From NCBI GenBank assembly GCA_963702425.1, contig CAVPCQ010000019.1, positions 96,001-160,000 of the forward strand: 64,000 nt of DNA, written 5' to 3'. Within the stretch, counting starts at the first letter, position 1. Each line of letters opens with the position of its first letter. The stretch is from an uncultured Acidobacteriota bacterium. Lineage in GTDB: Bacteria; Acidobacteriota; Polarisedimenticolia; J045. The notes under the pieces are model-generated. The model was not told the DNA's origin. It searched no databases and saw only the letters and a program-made list of their open reading frames with translations. This document shows positions 10,670-20,513 of the stretch, piece by piece. Position numbers and translations under genes: made by a program.

Positions 10670-11771
10670 GTGCCAGCGCGACGTTTCCAGATCCTAGACG
10701 CCACGATCGAACTGCGCGGCCCCGCTGCGTCGGTCGAGCCGATTGCATACGCCTACCGCCGCTTCGCCGCGGACGAGTCCCTTCCCCCCGAAAGGGGAAC
10801 GGCGGCGGTTCCCGACGCCCCCCCATCCGTCAACGGCCGCCCGATCGGTCCGATCGACGGGTATGACCCCGCGCTGCAGCTCTACAGCGAGTTCCTCCTC
10901 GAGACGCGCCGCCTCATTACTTCGACGGCGCTGATTCACGGTGCCAGTCTTGTCGACTCGTCCGGAGGGGCGACGCTCATCGCTGCGCCGTCCGCTCACG
11001 GAAAGACCTCGCTCGCGCTGGCCCTGCTCGCGCGGGGCCAGCGCCTGCTCAGCGACGACTACTCGCCGCTGGACCTCCGGACCGGCGACGTCCGCCCCTT
11101 CCCGCGCGCCGTGGCGGTCGATCCCGGACGGCAGCGCGCCCCTTCCCGCAGTCTTCCGCGCCGCCGCGGCGCGGCCGGGTACTCCGCGGCTCCTGGGGAA
11201 GGTGCTGCTCGACATCGGGGAGGTCCTGGGGGAGGACGCGCTGCAGCGCGAGCCGGCCCCGCTGCGTCGCGTGGTGCTGTTGACCGGCGACACGGCGCAT
11301 GCCCTCGATCGCGAGCCGCGGGTCGACCTGCGGGTCGGCGCCCTCGCCGAGCACTCCCTCCGCCTCGAGCGGGCGCTGGAGGGGGTTCCCGGCGTCGCCG
11401 TGGCGGACCGCGGGACGCGGGGCGCGATGCGCATCTGGATCCTCTCGCTCGACCTCTCGCACCGCCCCTCCGAGCCCCTTTCCCGCCTCTTCGACGACCC
11501 GGCGATCGTCTTCGTCGAGCGCTGGGGCGAGGCGACGCCGGCGTTCGAAGGGGAGCCGGAGTCGCGCCCGATCCCGCGCTCCGAAGCGGCACTGCTGCTG
11601 GCCCGCGAGATGCTCAACCGCCGCGAGGGCGGGGGGGCGCTGGCGGCCTACGGCGGTCGGCTCGCCCCGCTCGTCCTCGACCTGGCCGGGGCGCTGCGGG
11701 ATGCCGTCTGCTTCTCGGTCAAGCCCGGGGGGGACCTTGACCGGACCGCTGCGATGACCGAGAACTTGTAG
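10670..11771 (+). CDS. HPr-kinase-like P-loop kinase; one frameshift near 11120
   Basis: IHGASL, APSAHGKT, LLSDD, PFPRAV in ORF 10670; continues in ORF 10941..11771 (IPDGSAPLP...REMLNR). Confidence 0.78.
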
Positions 11772-11802
11772 GGAAGACGCGAAGGACCGCGACGAGGCTC
11801 CC

Positions 11803-12078
11803 ATGCCGGCCCAGACCGACCGCCCGCGCGCCCAGGATCTCCTGACGGGGCGGGACCTCAAGGACGAGTACGTTCTTCTCGGGCGCACCGGGGACCGGCT
11901 CCACGTGCTCAACGACACGGCGCGGGAGATCTTCCTGCTCTGCGACGGCCGCCGGACGATCGCCGAGATCGTGTGCACGATCACCGAGCGGTTCGAGGTC
12001 ACGGAAGAGCAGGCCGCCGACGACGTGCGGGCCACGCTCTCGGAGTTCGTCGCGCTCGGGATCGTCACGCTCGACTGA
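11803..12078 (+). CDS. PqqD family protein / stand-alone RiPP recognition element
   Basis: 91 aa; LHVLNDTAREIFLLCDGRRTIAEIV..ITERFEV..A.DDV..L..LGIV signature. Confidence 0.92.
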   Translation: MPAQTDRPRAQDLLTGRDLKDEYVLLGRTGDRLHVLNDTAREIFLLCDGRRTIAEIVCTITERFEVTEEQAADDVRATLSEFVALGIVTLD

Positions 12079-12138
12079 GCGGGCCGAGGCGAGCGTCGTG
12101 CTGTGCGACGAATCGTCGCCAGCGCTTCGCGCGGGGCG

Positions 12139-12363
12139 CTACGGCCTTCTTGCTCCCGACACGTCCCGGATTTCTCTCAACAGCAGGGCCACGACGAAGA
12201 GCAGGGCGACCACCGAGAACTCCAAGAGTCGACTAGGTGCGTACCTTCCCTGAAGCACCGTGTAACCGACAATGTTCGCCAACTTCTCCCAGACCGCCAG
12301 ACCTGCGAGCAGGAACGCCCCAACGAACAGGACGCGGCAAAGGACGCTCGTCAGCAGTTTCAT
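12139..12363 (-). CDS. Small two-TM membrane protein, unknown function
   Basis: 74 aa, two hydrophobic segments, GGAGG RBS. Confidence 0.65.
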   Translation of the reverse strand: MKLLTSVLCRVLFVGAFLLAGLAVWEKLANIVGYTVLQGRYAPSRLLEFSVVALLFVVALLLREIRDVSGARRP

Positions 12364-12374
12364 CGTTCCGCCTC

Positions 12375-12662
12375 CTAGCCCCGGGGAATCAGGCTGGCGT
12401 TCCACAGTTCGCCGGTCGCCACGCTGAACACGACCATGCGGACATTCAGGCTATCGTCCTGGAACCACAGTTGCACCAGATCCGGATACTGCGGCGCACT
12501 TGAAACCCCCACGAGCCGCCCCCACTCCGGCGGGATCGAAGCGGGGGTGCGGAGTACCTCCTTCGCAACCCCCGCCTTTGGAGCAGTCGGCAGTTTCTGG
12601 CACGCCGGCATCAGCGCGACGAGAGCCAGGATCAGCAGGACCCCAACGATTCGACGTGACAT
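12375..12662 (-). CDS. Small lipoprotein, unknown function
   Basis: Signal MSRRIVGVLLILALVALMPA-C; GGAGGA RBS. Confidence 0.7.
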   Translation of the reverse strand: MSRRIVGVLLILALVALMPACQKLPTAPKAGVAKEVLRTPASIPPEWGRLVGVSSAPQYPDLVQLWFQDDSLNVRMVVFSVATGELWNASLIPRG

Positions 12663-12762
12663 GGACAATCCTCCTCGTGCGGGAGAGTCGCTGCGGGCGA
12701 TTGCACGCATGTTTCGCGCGGGGGATTCCCCCTCCTCCGGCAGCGACCCGCATCGCACGGCC

Positions 12763-12778
12763 TGCAATACCATAGCCA
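12763..12778 (-). promoter_or_regulatory. Sigma-54 promoter of the lipoprotein/membrane-protein pair
   Basis: Minus strand TGGCTATGGTATTGCA (GG-N10-GC) 100 bp upstream of ATG 12662. Confidence 0.6.
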
Positions 12779-12788
12779 CCGGCGCAGG

Positions 12789-13790
12789 TCAACCCCCGGC
12801 GCGATCACCTCGGTGGGGCCCGCAGCAGCGGGCGCACGATCCCCGCTGGCCGCCGGTGGCAGGTCGGGTGTCGGTCGCCCGTCCCTCGTCCGCCTTGCGA
12901 GTCAAAGAGATGCCGAAGCCGATGATGCCCCGCGTCCCTTCGCGCCAGCGGACGGTCTGCCAGGTGGAGTTCGACAGCGTGGCCGTGAGCACGGCGAGGG
13001 GCATCGGCTGATGCTCCGGCGTGCGCCGCACCCGGCGCGGTGGCCGCCCCGGACCGGCCGCGCGAGGGCGCGGCGGCAGCGGCGTCTGCCGGGGGGCCAG
13101 ACGGAGATGTCGGCCGTGACGTCTGCGGCATAGGACAAGCCGCACGCCGTCAGCGCCTCGCGGAACGCCGTCGTCGCACCGTACCCCGCGTCCGCGACGA
13201 CGGGGGCGTGCGGCAGATCGTCGGCCAACAGGTCGTCCAGCAGGCTGATCGCCAGCGACCACTTGGTCTGGAACCGAACCGCTATCAGAGTCCCCGCCGC
13301 TTCACGCCGCGTTGGCGGCCGAAATCGCCACGGCGACGTGGCAGTTGTCCTGCTCGCCGAGCGGGCCGCAGTACTGCCGCGCGCCCCCCACCGAAAACTG
13401 ACCCCTCTTCGGCATCCCGGTGTCGTCGATGAGCCACGCTTCCACCGGAGCGTGCCGCACGAGTTGGGTCAGCGCGTGATCCCGTGCCACGCGGATCACG
13501 TCGTTCGCCTCTCCGGCCTCGTTGGCGACGAATTGGTGCAAGGACTGGTGCTGCGCCGCTGCCCGCCGCGGATCGAGCCGGGCCGCCATCCGCTCCACGC
13601 TCTTCCACTCGCCGGTCAGGAGCAGCCCCATCAGGTACCCGCGCAGGGGATCGTGCCGGTCGGCATGGCCGAGCACCGCACGGACCCGCGACACGAACTC
13701 CGCCAAGCGGCCTTACGGCGGCGCAGCAGCCCGGCTCATGCGCCGATGCTCGCACAGGCGCGCTCAACCCGTCACCTTCTGACGCAGTAG
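12789..13790 (-). mobile_element. Degraded IS701-family element
   Basis: KSVERMAARL, IDDTGMPKRG..SVG.ARQYCGPLG..DNC, ADAGYG, WQTVRWREGTRG spread over several frames; end CTACTGCGTCAGA at 13790. Confidence 0.85.
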
Positions 13791-14230
13791 TTCTGGGCGG
13801 AGGAGCGACCAAAGCCTCGGGGCCGACCGGCGGCTTCTGACCAATAGCGTGGACCGACCGCTCCGAGATGTGTCAGCGTCGGGAAACGCCAGCCTGCGTA
13901 TGTCAGGCTTTCAGAAGAACCTGCGTCTCCAGCCGCGTCATCATGCCGATCAATTCTTCCCTCTCCGCGGCCGCTCGGAGGCCTCCGCGGCGACAGTCTC
14001 GGGGCGTGCCCCGGGACTGGAAGACCGGCAGAGCCGATCGAAGTTCGACCGGCAGAACTTCCTGGAGCCCGCAACGGCACTCGCGGCCACCCATGATGTC
14101 CGGGGCGCGAGAGCGTCGATCGCATCGTCAACTTCACGGGCGATCCCATCCCGTCGTCACTGGTCCGGCACCGACGGCCGCCAGACCATGAAGCCCTGAT
14201 CCGGTACGGCATCCAACCAAACGCCCGACT

Positions 14231-14575
14231 TCACGCATTCGTTCCGGTCTTCTCGGCGCCAGTCGCGGGCTTTCTGGCTGCTGATGCCGCACTCATTGAC
14301 TCCTTCGAACTCGCAGCCGATCGCGACTGCCGCACGAGGATGTCGGCGAGACGAACGGTTTGCGCTCCGGTCTCGAGGATGTGTGCCCCGTTGGAGAGGC
14401 GTTCGACAACGACCTCGCACATCCTCTGGCGGGGGAAGTTCATCATCCACCCGCTGCAGGGCTACCCGTCCCACGGCAGCCACCACACCGATCGGCTCTT
14501 CGAAGTCGTCAGTCGGCGCTACGGCCAGTGCTCGACGGTCGCCGCTTCCGCCAGGCCTTTCAGCGAACTGCTCGC
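14231..14575. pseudogene. Two IS21 istB remnants in opposite orientations
   Basis: Minus: ERLSNGAHILETGAQTVRL. Plus: GY..DRLFEVVSRRYGQCSTV..RPFSE, similar to 33900-34010. Confidence 0.6.
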
Positions 14576-14847
14576 CGATTTCTGCGACCCTGACAGCCCC
14601 GAGCGGATCCGGCGCTTCAGTTGGCATGACGACGTCCATCCGCCCGGGTGCGCCCGCCCGCGACGCTCTCCGTGGCTGGAGTCGGTGCGAGCGCCGGGAA
14701 CGACTCTCGTCGCCGACACCGAAGGCTCGCTCGCGACGAGCCCCATCTCCGCGCTCTCGGAACTCCGGCAAGACAGCCCGACTATGCTAAACTCGCCAAC
14801 CAGTTGCGTCTGCCGCGGGCGGGCCAGCGCTAGACCGCCGAGGATCG

Positions 14848-16392
14848 ATGATGGATGAACTGGCCGAGTTGAGGCGACGCCTGGCCGAAGCGCACGCGGG
14901 CGGCGGCTCGGAACGAACTGCCAAACAGCATGCTTCCGGGAAGCTCACCGCCCGCGAGCGCATCGAGTTGCTGTGCGATCAGGGCAGTTTCGAAGAATCC
15001 GGAGCGTTCGTGGTCCATCGTTGCCGAGAGTTCGGTATGGATCGTCGCACGATCGCAGGAGACGGGGTAGTGACAGGGCTCGCACTGGTCGATGGGCGGC
15101 CCGTCGCGGTGTTTGCGCAGGACTTCACCGCTTTCGGCGGCACGCTGTCGGAACCACATGCCGGGAAGATCTGCAGCATCATGGACCGGGCGATCAGCAT
15201 CGGATGCCCGATCATCGGCTTGAACGACTCCGGCGGGGCGCGCATTCACGAAGGACCGGCAAGTCAGGCAGGCTACGCCGAGATCTTCTGGCGCAACACG
15301 ATCGCGTCAGGGGTTGTGCCGCAGATCTCCGTGATCATGGGCCCCTGCGCCGGCGGAGCCACATATTCGCCGGCGATCACCGATTTCACGATCATGGTTG
15401 CCGAGACTTCCTACATGTTCATCACGGGACCAGATGTCGTGCGTCAGGTGATCCGCGAAGAGGTGACGAAGGAGGCACTGGGGGGGCCAGTGGTTCACGC
15501 CAGCAAGAGTGGCGTGGCCCACTTCATCGCTTCAAGTGATGCTGAAGCGCTGGAATTGGTACGGTCGCTGCTCTCGTTCCTGCCTTCAAGCAACCGCAGC
15601 GATCCTCCGCGGCGTCGGCCCGATCCCGATCCGCTGAGGCTCGACGAGGGCTTGCGTACCCTGATCCCCGACGAGCCGCAGAAGCCATACAACGTGAAAG
15701 ATCTCATCCGCCGCCTCGTAGACAACGGGGAGTTTTTCGAGGTGCATGAGAGGTGGGCTCGCAATCTCGTGGTGGGCATTGCCCGACTCGACGGCCAGCC
15801 GATCGGGATCGTGGCGAATCAGCCCGCGTTTCTGGCCGGCGTCCTGGACATCGATGCCTCGCGCAAGGGTACGCGCTTCGTTCGCTTCTGCGATTGCTTC
15901 AACATTCCTCTCGTGGTACTGGAAGACGTGCCCGGATTCCTGCCGGGTACCGGGCAAGAGCACGGTGGGATCATCTCGCACGGTGCGAAGTTGCTGTTCG
16001 CTTTTGCGGAGGCGACCGTACCCAAGTTGACGGTCATCACGCGCAAGGGCTACGGAGGAGCCTACTGCGTCATGGCGAGCAAGCATGTGCGCGGGGACCT
16101 CAACCTGGCCTGGCCGGGGGCGGAGATCGCGGTGATGGGCGCCGAATCGGCAGTCGAGATCCTGTATCGGAACGAGCTGAGCGGGGCCGCCGATCGAGAC
16201 GATCTCAAGCGCGAACTCTCCGCGGGGTACCGAGCCGCATACGGAAACCCCTATGTGGCTGCGGAGCGAGGCTACATTGACGCGGTGATCGACCCCGCAG
16301 AAACACGTTACCGACTGATCGTCGGGCTGCGACGGTTGGAGACCAAGGTGGACGCACTCCCGCGGAAAAAGCACGGTAACATGCCGGTCTGA
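14848..16392 (+). CDS. pccB: Acyl-CoA (propionyl/methylmalonyl-CoA) carboxyltransferase beta subunit
   Basis: GKLTARERI, DSGGARIHEG, GPCAGGA, DVPGFLPG, AEIAVMG, terminal KKHGNMP. Confidence 0.92.
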   Translation: MMDELAELRRRLAEAHAGGGSERTAKQHASGKLTARERIELLCDQGSFEESGAFVVHRCREFGMDRRTIAGDGVVTGLALVDGRPVAVFAQDFTAFGGTLSEPHAGKICSIMDRAISIGCPIIGLNDSGGARIHEGPASQAGYAEIFWRNTIASGVVPQISVIMGPCAGGATYSPAITDFTIMVAETSYMFITGPDVVRQVIREEVTKEALGGPVVHASKSGVAHFIASSDAEALELVRSLLSFLPSSNRSDPPRRRPDPDPLRLDEGLRTLIPDEPQKPYNVKDLIRRLVDNGEFFEVHERWARNLVVGIARLDGQPIGIVANQPAFLAGVLDIDASRKGTRFVRFCDCFNIPLVVLEDVPGFLPGTGQEHGGIISHGAKLLFAFAEATVPKLTVITRKGYGGAYCVMASKHVRGDLNLAWPGAEIAVMGAESAVEILYRNELSGAADRDDLKRELSAGYRAAYGNPYVAAERGYIDAVIDPAETRYRLIVGLRRLETKVDALPRKKHGNMPV

Positions 16393-16587
16393 TCGGATCG
16401 TACCCGGTGGTGCGGCGCGACGACACTGGATCGCGTTCTACCTTGAGCTGCGGGAGCATGGAGGTGGGGCGGGGGTGATTACGATCATGGGAGACACAGT
16501 CCGTCCCGCGGTGCGGGCCATCAAGTCCGTTCCGAGAACCCGGACCGGCAAGCGCGTTTCCATCGACGAGGAAGCCGAGAAGGCGCG

Positions 16588-17793
16588 ATGAGCCAGGGTA
16601 GTGCGGTGCCCGTGCTCATGTACCACGGCGTCGGTCCCGGGATTCCCGGCTGGCGTTGGAACTCCCTGGTCATGCCGGTGGACGTGTTCGAGGACCAACT
16701 TCGATGGCTCGGCCGGGAGGGCTACCGGGCGGCGGATCTCGACGATCTCCACCGGCACATGAGTGGGACGGTGACGCTGCCCCCGAAGTCGGTCGTACTC
16801 ACGTTCGACGACGGATACCTCGACAACTGGGTCCATGCAGCCCCCCTTCTCGAGCAGCACGGCTTTCGCGGGACGGTCTTCGTCAATCCCGAGTTCGTCG
16901 ATCCGCGGGACGTCGTGCGACCCACGCTCCGCGACGTGCGCGAGGGTCGATCGCGATTGGAGGATCTCGAGAGCCGGGGGTTCCTCTCGTGGGAAGAGCT
17001 CAAGCGGCTGACGGCGTCCCGGGTCCTGCTGGCCGAGTCCCACCTTCTCACACACACCTGGTATCCGGTCGGGGCGGAGGTCGTGGACTTCCACCGACCT
17101 GGAGATGGCCAGTACTGGCTGGACTGGAACGCCGCGCCCGAGCGCAAGCCGTTCTACCTACTCGATCCCGACGCGAGCCGGGTGCCGTGGGGTGTTCCGA
17201 TCTACGAGCACAGGAAATCGATGGAGGCGCGCTGCTACCACCCCGACCCCGAAGAGGCCAGTGTTCTTGCCGAGCACGTCGCCTCGCGAGGCGGCCCGGA
17301 CTTCTTCGCGGGGAGCGGTTGGCGGGAGGAACTTCGCCGCCGCCTCATGGCGTACCGGGAGACGGCGGGGGTCCGCGGCCGCGCCGAGTCGGATGACGAG
17401 AGGCGGACCCGGCTGCTGGCCGAGGTCGTGGACTCGAAGCGGATCCTGGAAGAGCGGCTCGGGCGCCCGATCCGGCACCTCTGCTGGCCGGGTGGCGGCT
17501 ACGACGAGATGGCGCGCGAGGCCGCCGATGCGCATTACCTGACGACCACCCTCCGCTCACACGAGGGGCCGGAGCGCCGCAACCGCCCCGGCGAGGACCC
17601 GCGGAGGATCCGGCGCTGGGGCGCGCCGGACGACGAGCGCGGGGATACGGTCCACTGGTACGGCGGCCGCTACCTGGTGAGATATCTCGACGAGTTTCGG
17701 GGTGTGCCATTCGCGCGGACGCGGCGACAGGTCATCAAGGCGACCTCGCTCGCCCGGCGGGCGCTCGGCATGCGGCCGCCGCGAGGACGTTGA
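16588..17793 (+). CDS. Polysaccharide deacetylase (NodB/CE4) family
   Basis: VPVLMYH, LTFDDGYLDN, ESHLLTH, CWPGG. Confidence 0.88.
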   Translation: MSQGSAVPVLMYHGVGPGIPGWRWNSLVMPVDVFEDQLRWLGREGYRAADLDDLHRHMSGTVTLPPKSVVLTFDDGYLDNWVHAAPLLEQHGFRGTVFVNPEFVDPRDVVRPTLRDVREGRSRLEDLESRGFLSWEELKRLTASRVLLAESHLLTHTWYPVGAEVVDFHRPGDGQYWLDWNAAPERKPFYLLDPDASRVPWGVPIYEHRKSMEARCYHPDPEEASVLAEHVASRGGPDFFAGSGWREELRRRLMAYRETAGVRGRAESDDERRTRLLAEVVDSKRILEERLGRPIRHLCWPGGGYDEMAREAADAHYLTTTLRSHEGPERRNRPGEDPRRIRRWGAPDDERGDTVHWYGGRYLVRYLDEFRGVPFARTRRQVIKATSLARRALGMRPPRGR

Positions 17794-17829
17794 GCGGGGT
17801 CACGGTCCGGCGCCCACGGAGGGAACGCG

Positions 17830-19335
17830 GTGCTGAAAAACGTAGGAGCGACCTGGGGCAAAGTCCTCGTCAGCATCCTGCTGTCGTACATCCTCACGCC
17901 CTTCATCATCTCGACGCTCGGCCAGGAGCGCTATGGGGCCTGGGTCTTGATCAACTCGATCATGGGGTATCTGGCGATCCTCGCGCTGGGAGTCCCCGCG
18001 GCGTCGGTACGCTACCTCTCGGAGGCGCTGGCCCGGAAGGATCTCGAGGACTTCAACCGGACATCAGGGGCTTGCGGAGGACTGTACGTTGTCCTTGGCG
18101 GCGCGGCGCTCGTTGCGACACTCCCGCTGTTCCTCTTTTTCACGACATACGATCTGGACGCCGCGGTGCGGGCCGACGCGTACCTTGCTTTTGTGCTCGT
18201 TGGCGCAGCGAGCGCCGTAGGATTCTACGCGCTGTTGCCTGCAGGGATCCTGAGCGCCAAGAGCGCATTCGTGGCGCTGAGCGGCATCCAGGTCTTCACC
18301 CAGGTTCTCCGTTTCGCGGTGACGATCGTCGGGCTTCGGATGGAGGCGTCGATCGCCCTGCTCGCAGCAATTCAAGTCGGTCTTGCGTTCGTTGAGTTCA
18401 TCGTGTCGGCTATGTACTTGAGGCGCACGTATCCCGAGATTCGACTCGGCCGGCCGAGGTTCGACCCCGGGCGAATTCGGAAGATTTTCTCCTTCAGTGT
18501 CTACGTGCTGCTCCTGAGCCTCGGGCTCCGGCTTCACTTCCAGACCGACGCGATCGTGATCGGCGGCCTCCTCGACGTCCGTGAAATCCCCTACTTCGAT
18601 GTCGCGAACAGCCTGCTTCTGTATCTGATGGAGTTTGTCGTTGCCATTGGCGCCGTGTTGATGCCGGCCGCTTCGCGGCACGGCACTCTCGGCGAATGGA
18701 ACGTGCTGCGGGACCTCTACTTCAAGTGGGCGAAGATCGCGGTTTCCCTGACGTGCGTCGCGGCGCTCTATCTCATGGTCTTCGGTCCGGCGTTCATCGG
18801 AAGATGGATCGGTCCTTCCTTCACTGAACCCGCGGGGCTCGTGCTGCGGATCCTGGTCGTGGCAAACCTGCTGTTCCTCCCGGCCCGTGGCGTTGCGATC
18901 CCGCTTCTCCTGGGGATCGGCCAGGCGCGGGTGGCCATGTTCTCGTTTGCCGGTTTCGCCATCCTGAACCTCGTCGCCAGCCTGGCGCTGGCACGCCCGC
19001 TCGGGCTCGCCGGGGTGGCTATCGGCACGGCGGTGCCGATCGCGCTGTTCGCGGTTCATGTGCTCGCCTACGCGGCCCGGAAGGTGCAGGCGCGGGTCGG
19101 CTCCTTCTTCCTCTACGTTTTCGGCAGGAACCTGCTCGCGCTCGGGGCAGGGCTCCTGATACTGCGAGCGTCCCAGGTGTGGTTCGACATGAGCGGCTAT
19201 CCGGGGCTCGTAGCGGCGGGGTTCTTCACCGTTGGCCTTGCGGCCGTACTCTGGGTCGGGTTCGTGCACCGTCGCGACCCGCACCTCGATCTGTTCGCAG
19301 AGGTTCGCGCGAGGCTTGGGCGAGGTGCCGCATGA
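17830..19335 (+). CDS. wzx: Wzx-type oligosaccharide flippase
   Basis: 501 aa, about 12-14 TM; TPFII..LG.ERYGAW; QTDAIVIG. Confidence 0.85.
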   Translation: MLKNVGATWGKVLVSILLSYILTPFIISTLGQERYGAWVLINSIMGYLAILALGVPAASVRYLSEALARKDLEDFNRTSGACGGLYVVLGGAALVATLPLFLFFTTYDLDAAVRADAYLAFVLVGAASAVGFYALLPAGILSAKSAFVALSGIQVFTQVLRFAVTIVGLRMEASIALLAAIQVGLAFVEFIVSAMYLRRTYPEIRLGRPRFDPGRIRKIFSFSVYVLLLSLGLRLHFQTDAIVIGGLLDVREIPYFDVANSLLLYLMEFVVAIGAVLMPAASRHGTLGEWNVLRDLYFKWAKIAVSLTCVAALYLMVFGPAFIGRWIGPSFTEPAGLVLRILVVANLLFLPARGVAIPLLLGIGQARVAMFSFAGFAILNLVASLALARPLGLAGVAIGTAVPIALFAVHVLAYAARKVQARVGSFFLYVFGRNLLALGAGLLILRASQVWFDMSGYPGLVAAGFFTVGLAAVLWVGFVHRRDPHLDLFAEVRARLGRGAA

Positions 19336-20513
19336 CGGCGAGCTTGCTGCTGATTGCCTGGTTCCTCGTGGGGGGCGCCCTGGCCGCCGCGGCGGCGGAG
19401 ATCGTATGCCGGGCCGTCCTGCGCGCTCGCCATCGGCGCTTCGTGTACATTCCGCGGTGGCGCGTTCAAGTCGAACTGAACCCAGATTACCACCCCGCAC
19501 TGAACGGCACCGTGATGTTCGAGACGAATCGGTTCGGGCAGCGCGGCGACGATCCGCCGGCTGGCGACGGCATCTTCCGAGTCTTGGCGTCGGGTGGTAG
19601 CGCAGTCGAGTGCTTCCTTCTCGATGGCCCCCGTTCTTGGCCGGCCGTTCTGGAGTCGGTCCTGTCGGAGCGCGAGGCTTGCGCGCTGCTCCACGCGCGC
19701 TGCGTTCACGTTGCCAACATCGGGCGCTCCGGGATCGACACGGAGAAACTCGCGGAAGTCTTTGAGTCGGGCACTTTTCCGGCAGATCGGTACGATATCG
19801 TCCTAATCATGACCGGCGCGGCGGACGTTCTCCGGTGGCTCGCCGCGGGCGCGGCCGCGGATCCGCCCGTCCCACAGCCATCGCTCGACGAGGTGTTCCA
19901 CTGGCGAAGCGACTCGCTGTACGGGTGGAGGCCTTCGAGCGCCGCGTCAGTCAAGGTGGCGAAGATGCTCGTGCGCGCGTTCGTGCGTCCCGTCGAAACC
20001 CGCCGGGATGGCGGAGGCTGGATGATCGCGGCGCGTGCCTCTCGGGTAGCCACGACGAGTTTCATCGAGGACGTTCCGGATCCGGCGCCGATGTACCGTC
20101 ACTACGAGGAGGCGCTCGGGCGGGCGATCCGAGCGGCAGCACGGAGGGCCGACCGTGTCCTGGTCGTCGAACAAGCGTGGTTTGACCGGAATCCCACTCC
20201 GGAGGAGGCGCTCCAACTCTGGAACCCCGCCCTCGGGGCTCCGTGGAAGGACGGTGGCAAGGCGTTCTATTCCCATGACCTCGCGATGCGCCTCATGCGC
20301 GGATTGACGGATGCGACGCGGCGGACGGCTGAGGCCTGCGGGGTCGAGTTCATGGATTTGCGGCCTCACGTGCCTGGCAACCGCGAAACCTTCTACGACA
20401 TGTTCCACTACACGAACGAGGGGGCGGCTATCGTCGGCCGAGCAGTTGCGGATCGGATACTCGAGATCAGCAGCCGATACGAATCCGCTTCCCGCGTGGA
20501 TGAGCGTGCATGA
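19332..20513 (+). CDS. SGNH/GDSL-like hydrolase/acyltransferase
   Basis: TM anchor, TNRFGQRG, GGSAVE, FYDMFHYT; ATGA coupling to wzx. Confidence 0.75.
   Translation: MTASLLLIAWFLVGGALAAAAAEIVCRAVLRARHRRFVYIPRWRVQVELNPDYHPALNGTVMFETNRFGQRGDDPPAGDGIFRVLASGGSAVECFLLDGPRSWPAVLESVLSEREACALLHARCVHVANIGRSGIDTEKLAEVFESGTFPADRYDIVLIMTGAADVLRWLAAGAAADPPVPQPSLDEVFHWRSDSLYGWRPSSAASVKVAKMLVRAFVRPVETRRDGGGWMIAARASRVATTSFIEDVPDPAPMYRHYEEALGRAIRAAARRADRVLVVEQAWFDRNPTPEEALQLWNPALGAPWKDGGKAFYSHDLAMRLMRGLTDATRRTAEACGVEFMDLRPHVPGNRETFYDMFHYTNEGAAIVGRAVADRILEISSRYESASRVDERA

Noticed and set aside
11803-12078. PQQ biosynthesis
   Set aside because: No pqqB/C/E, and the peptide lacks the PqqA ExxxY core
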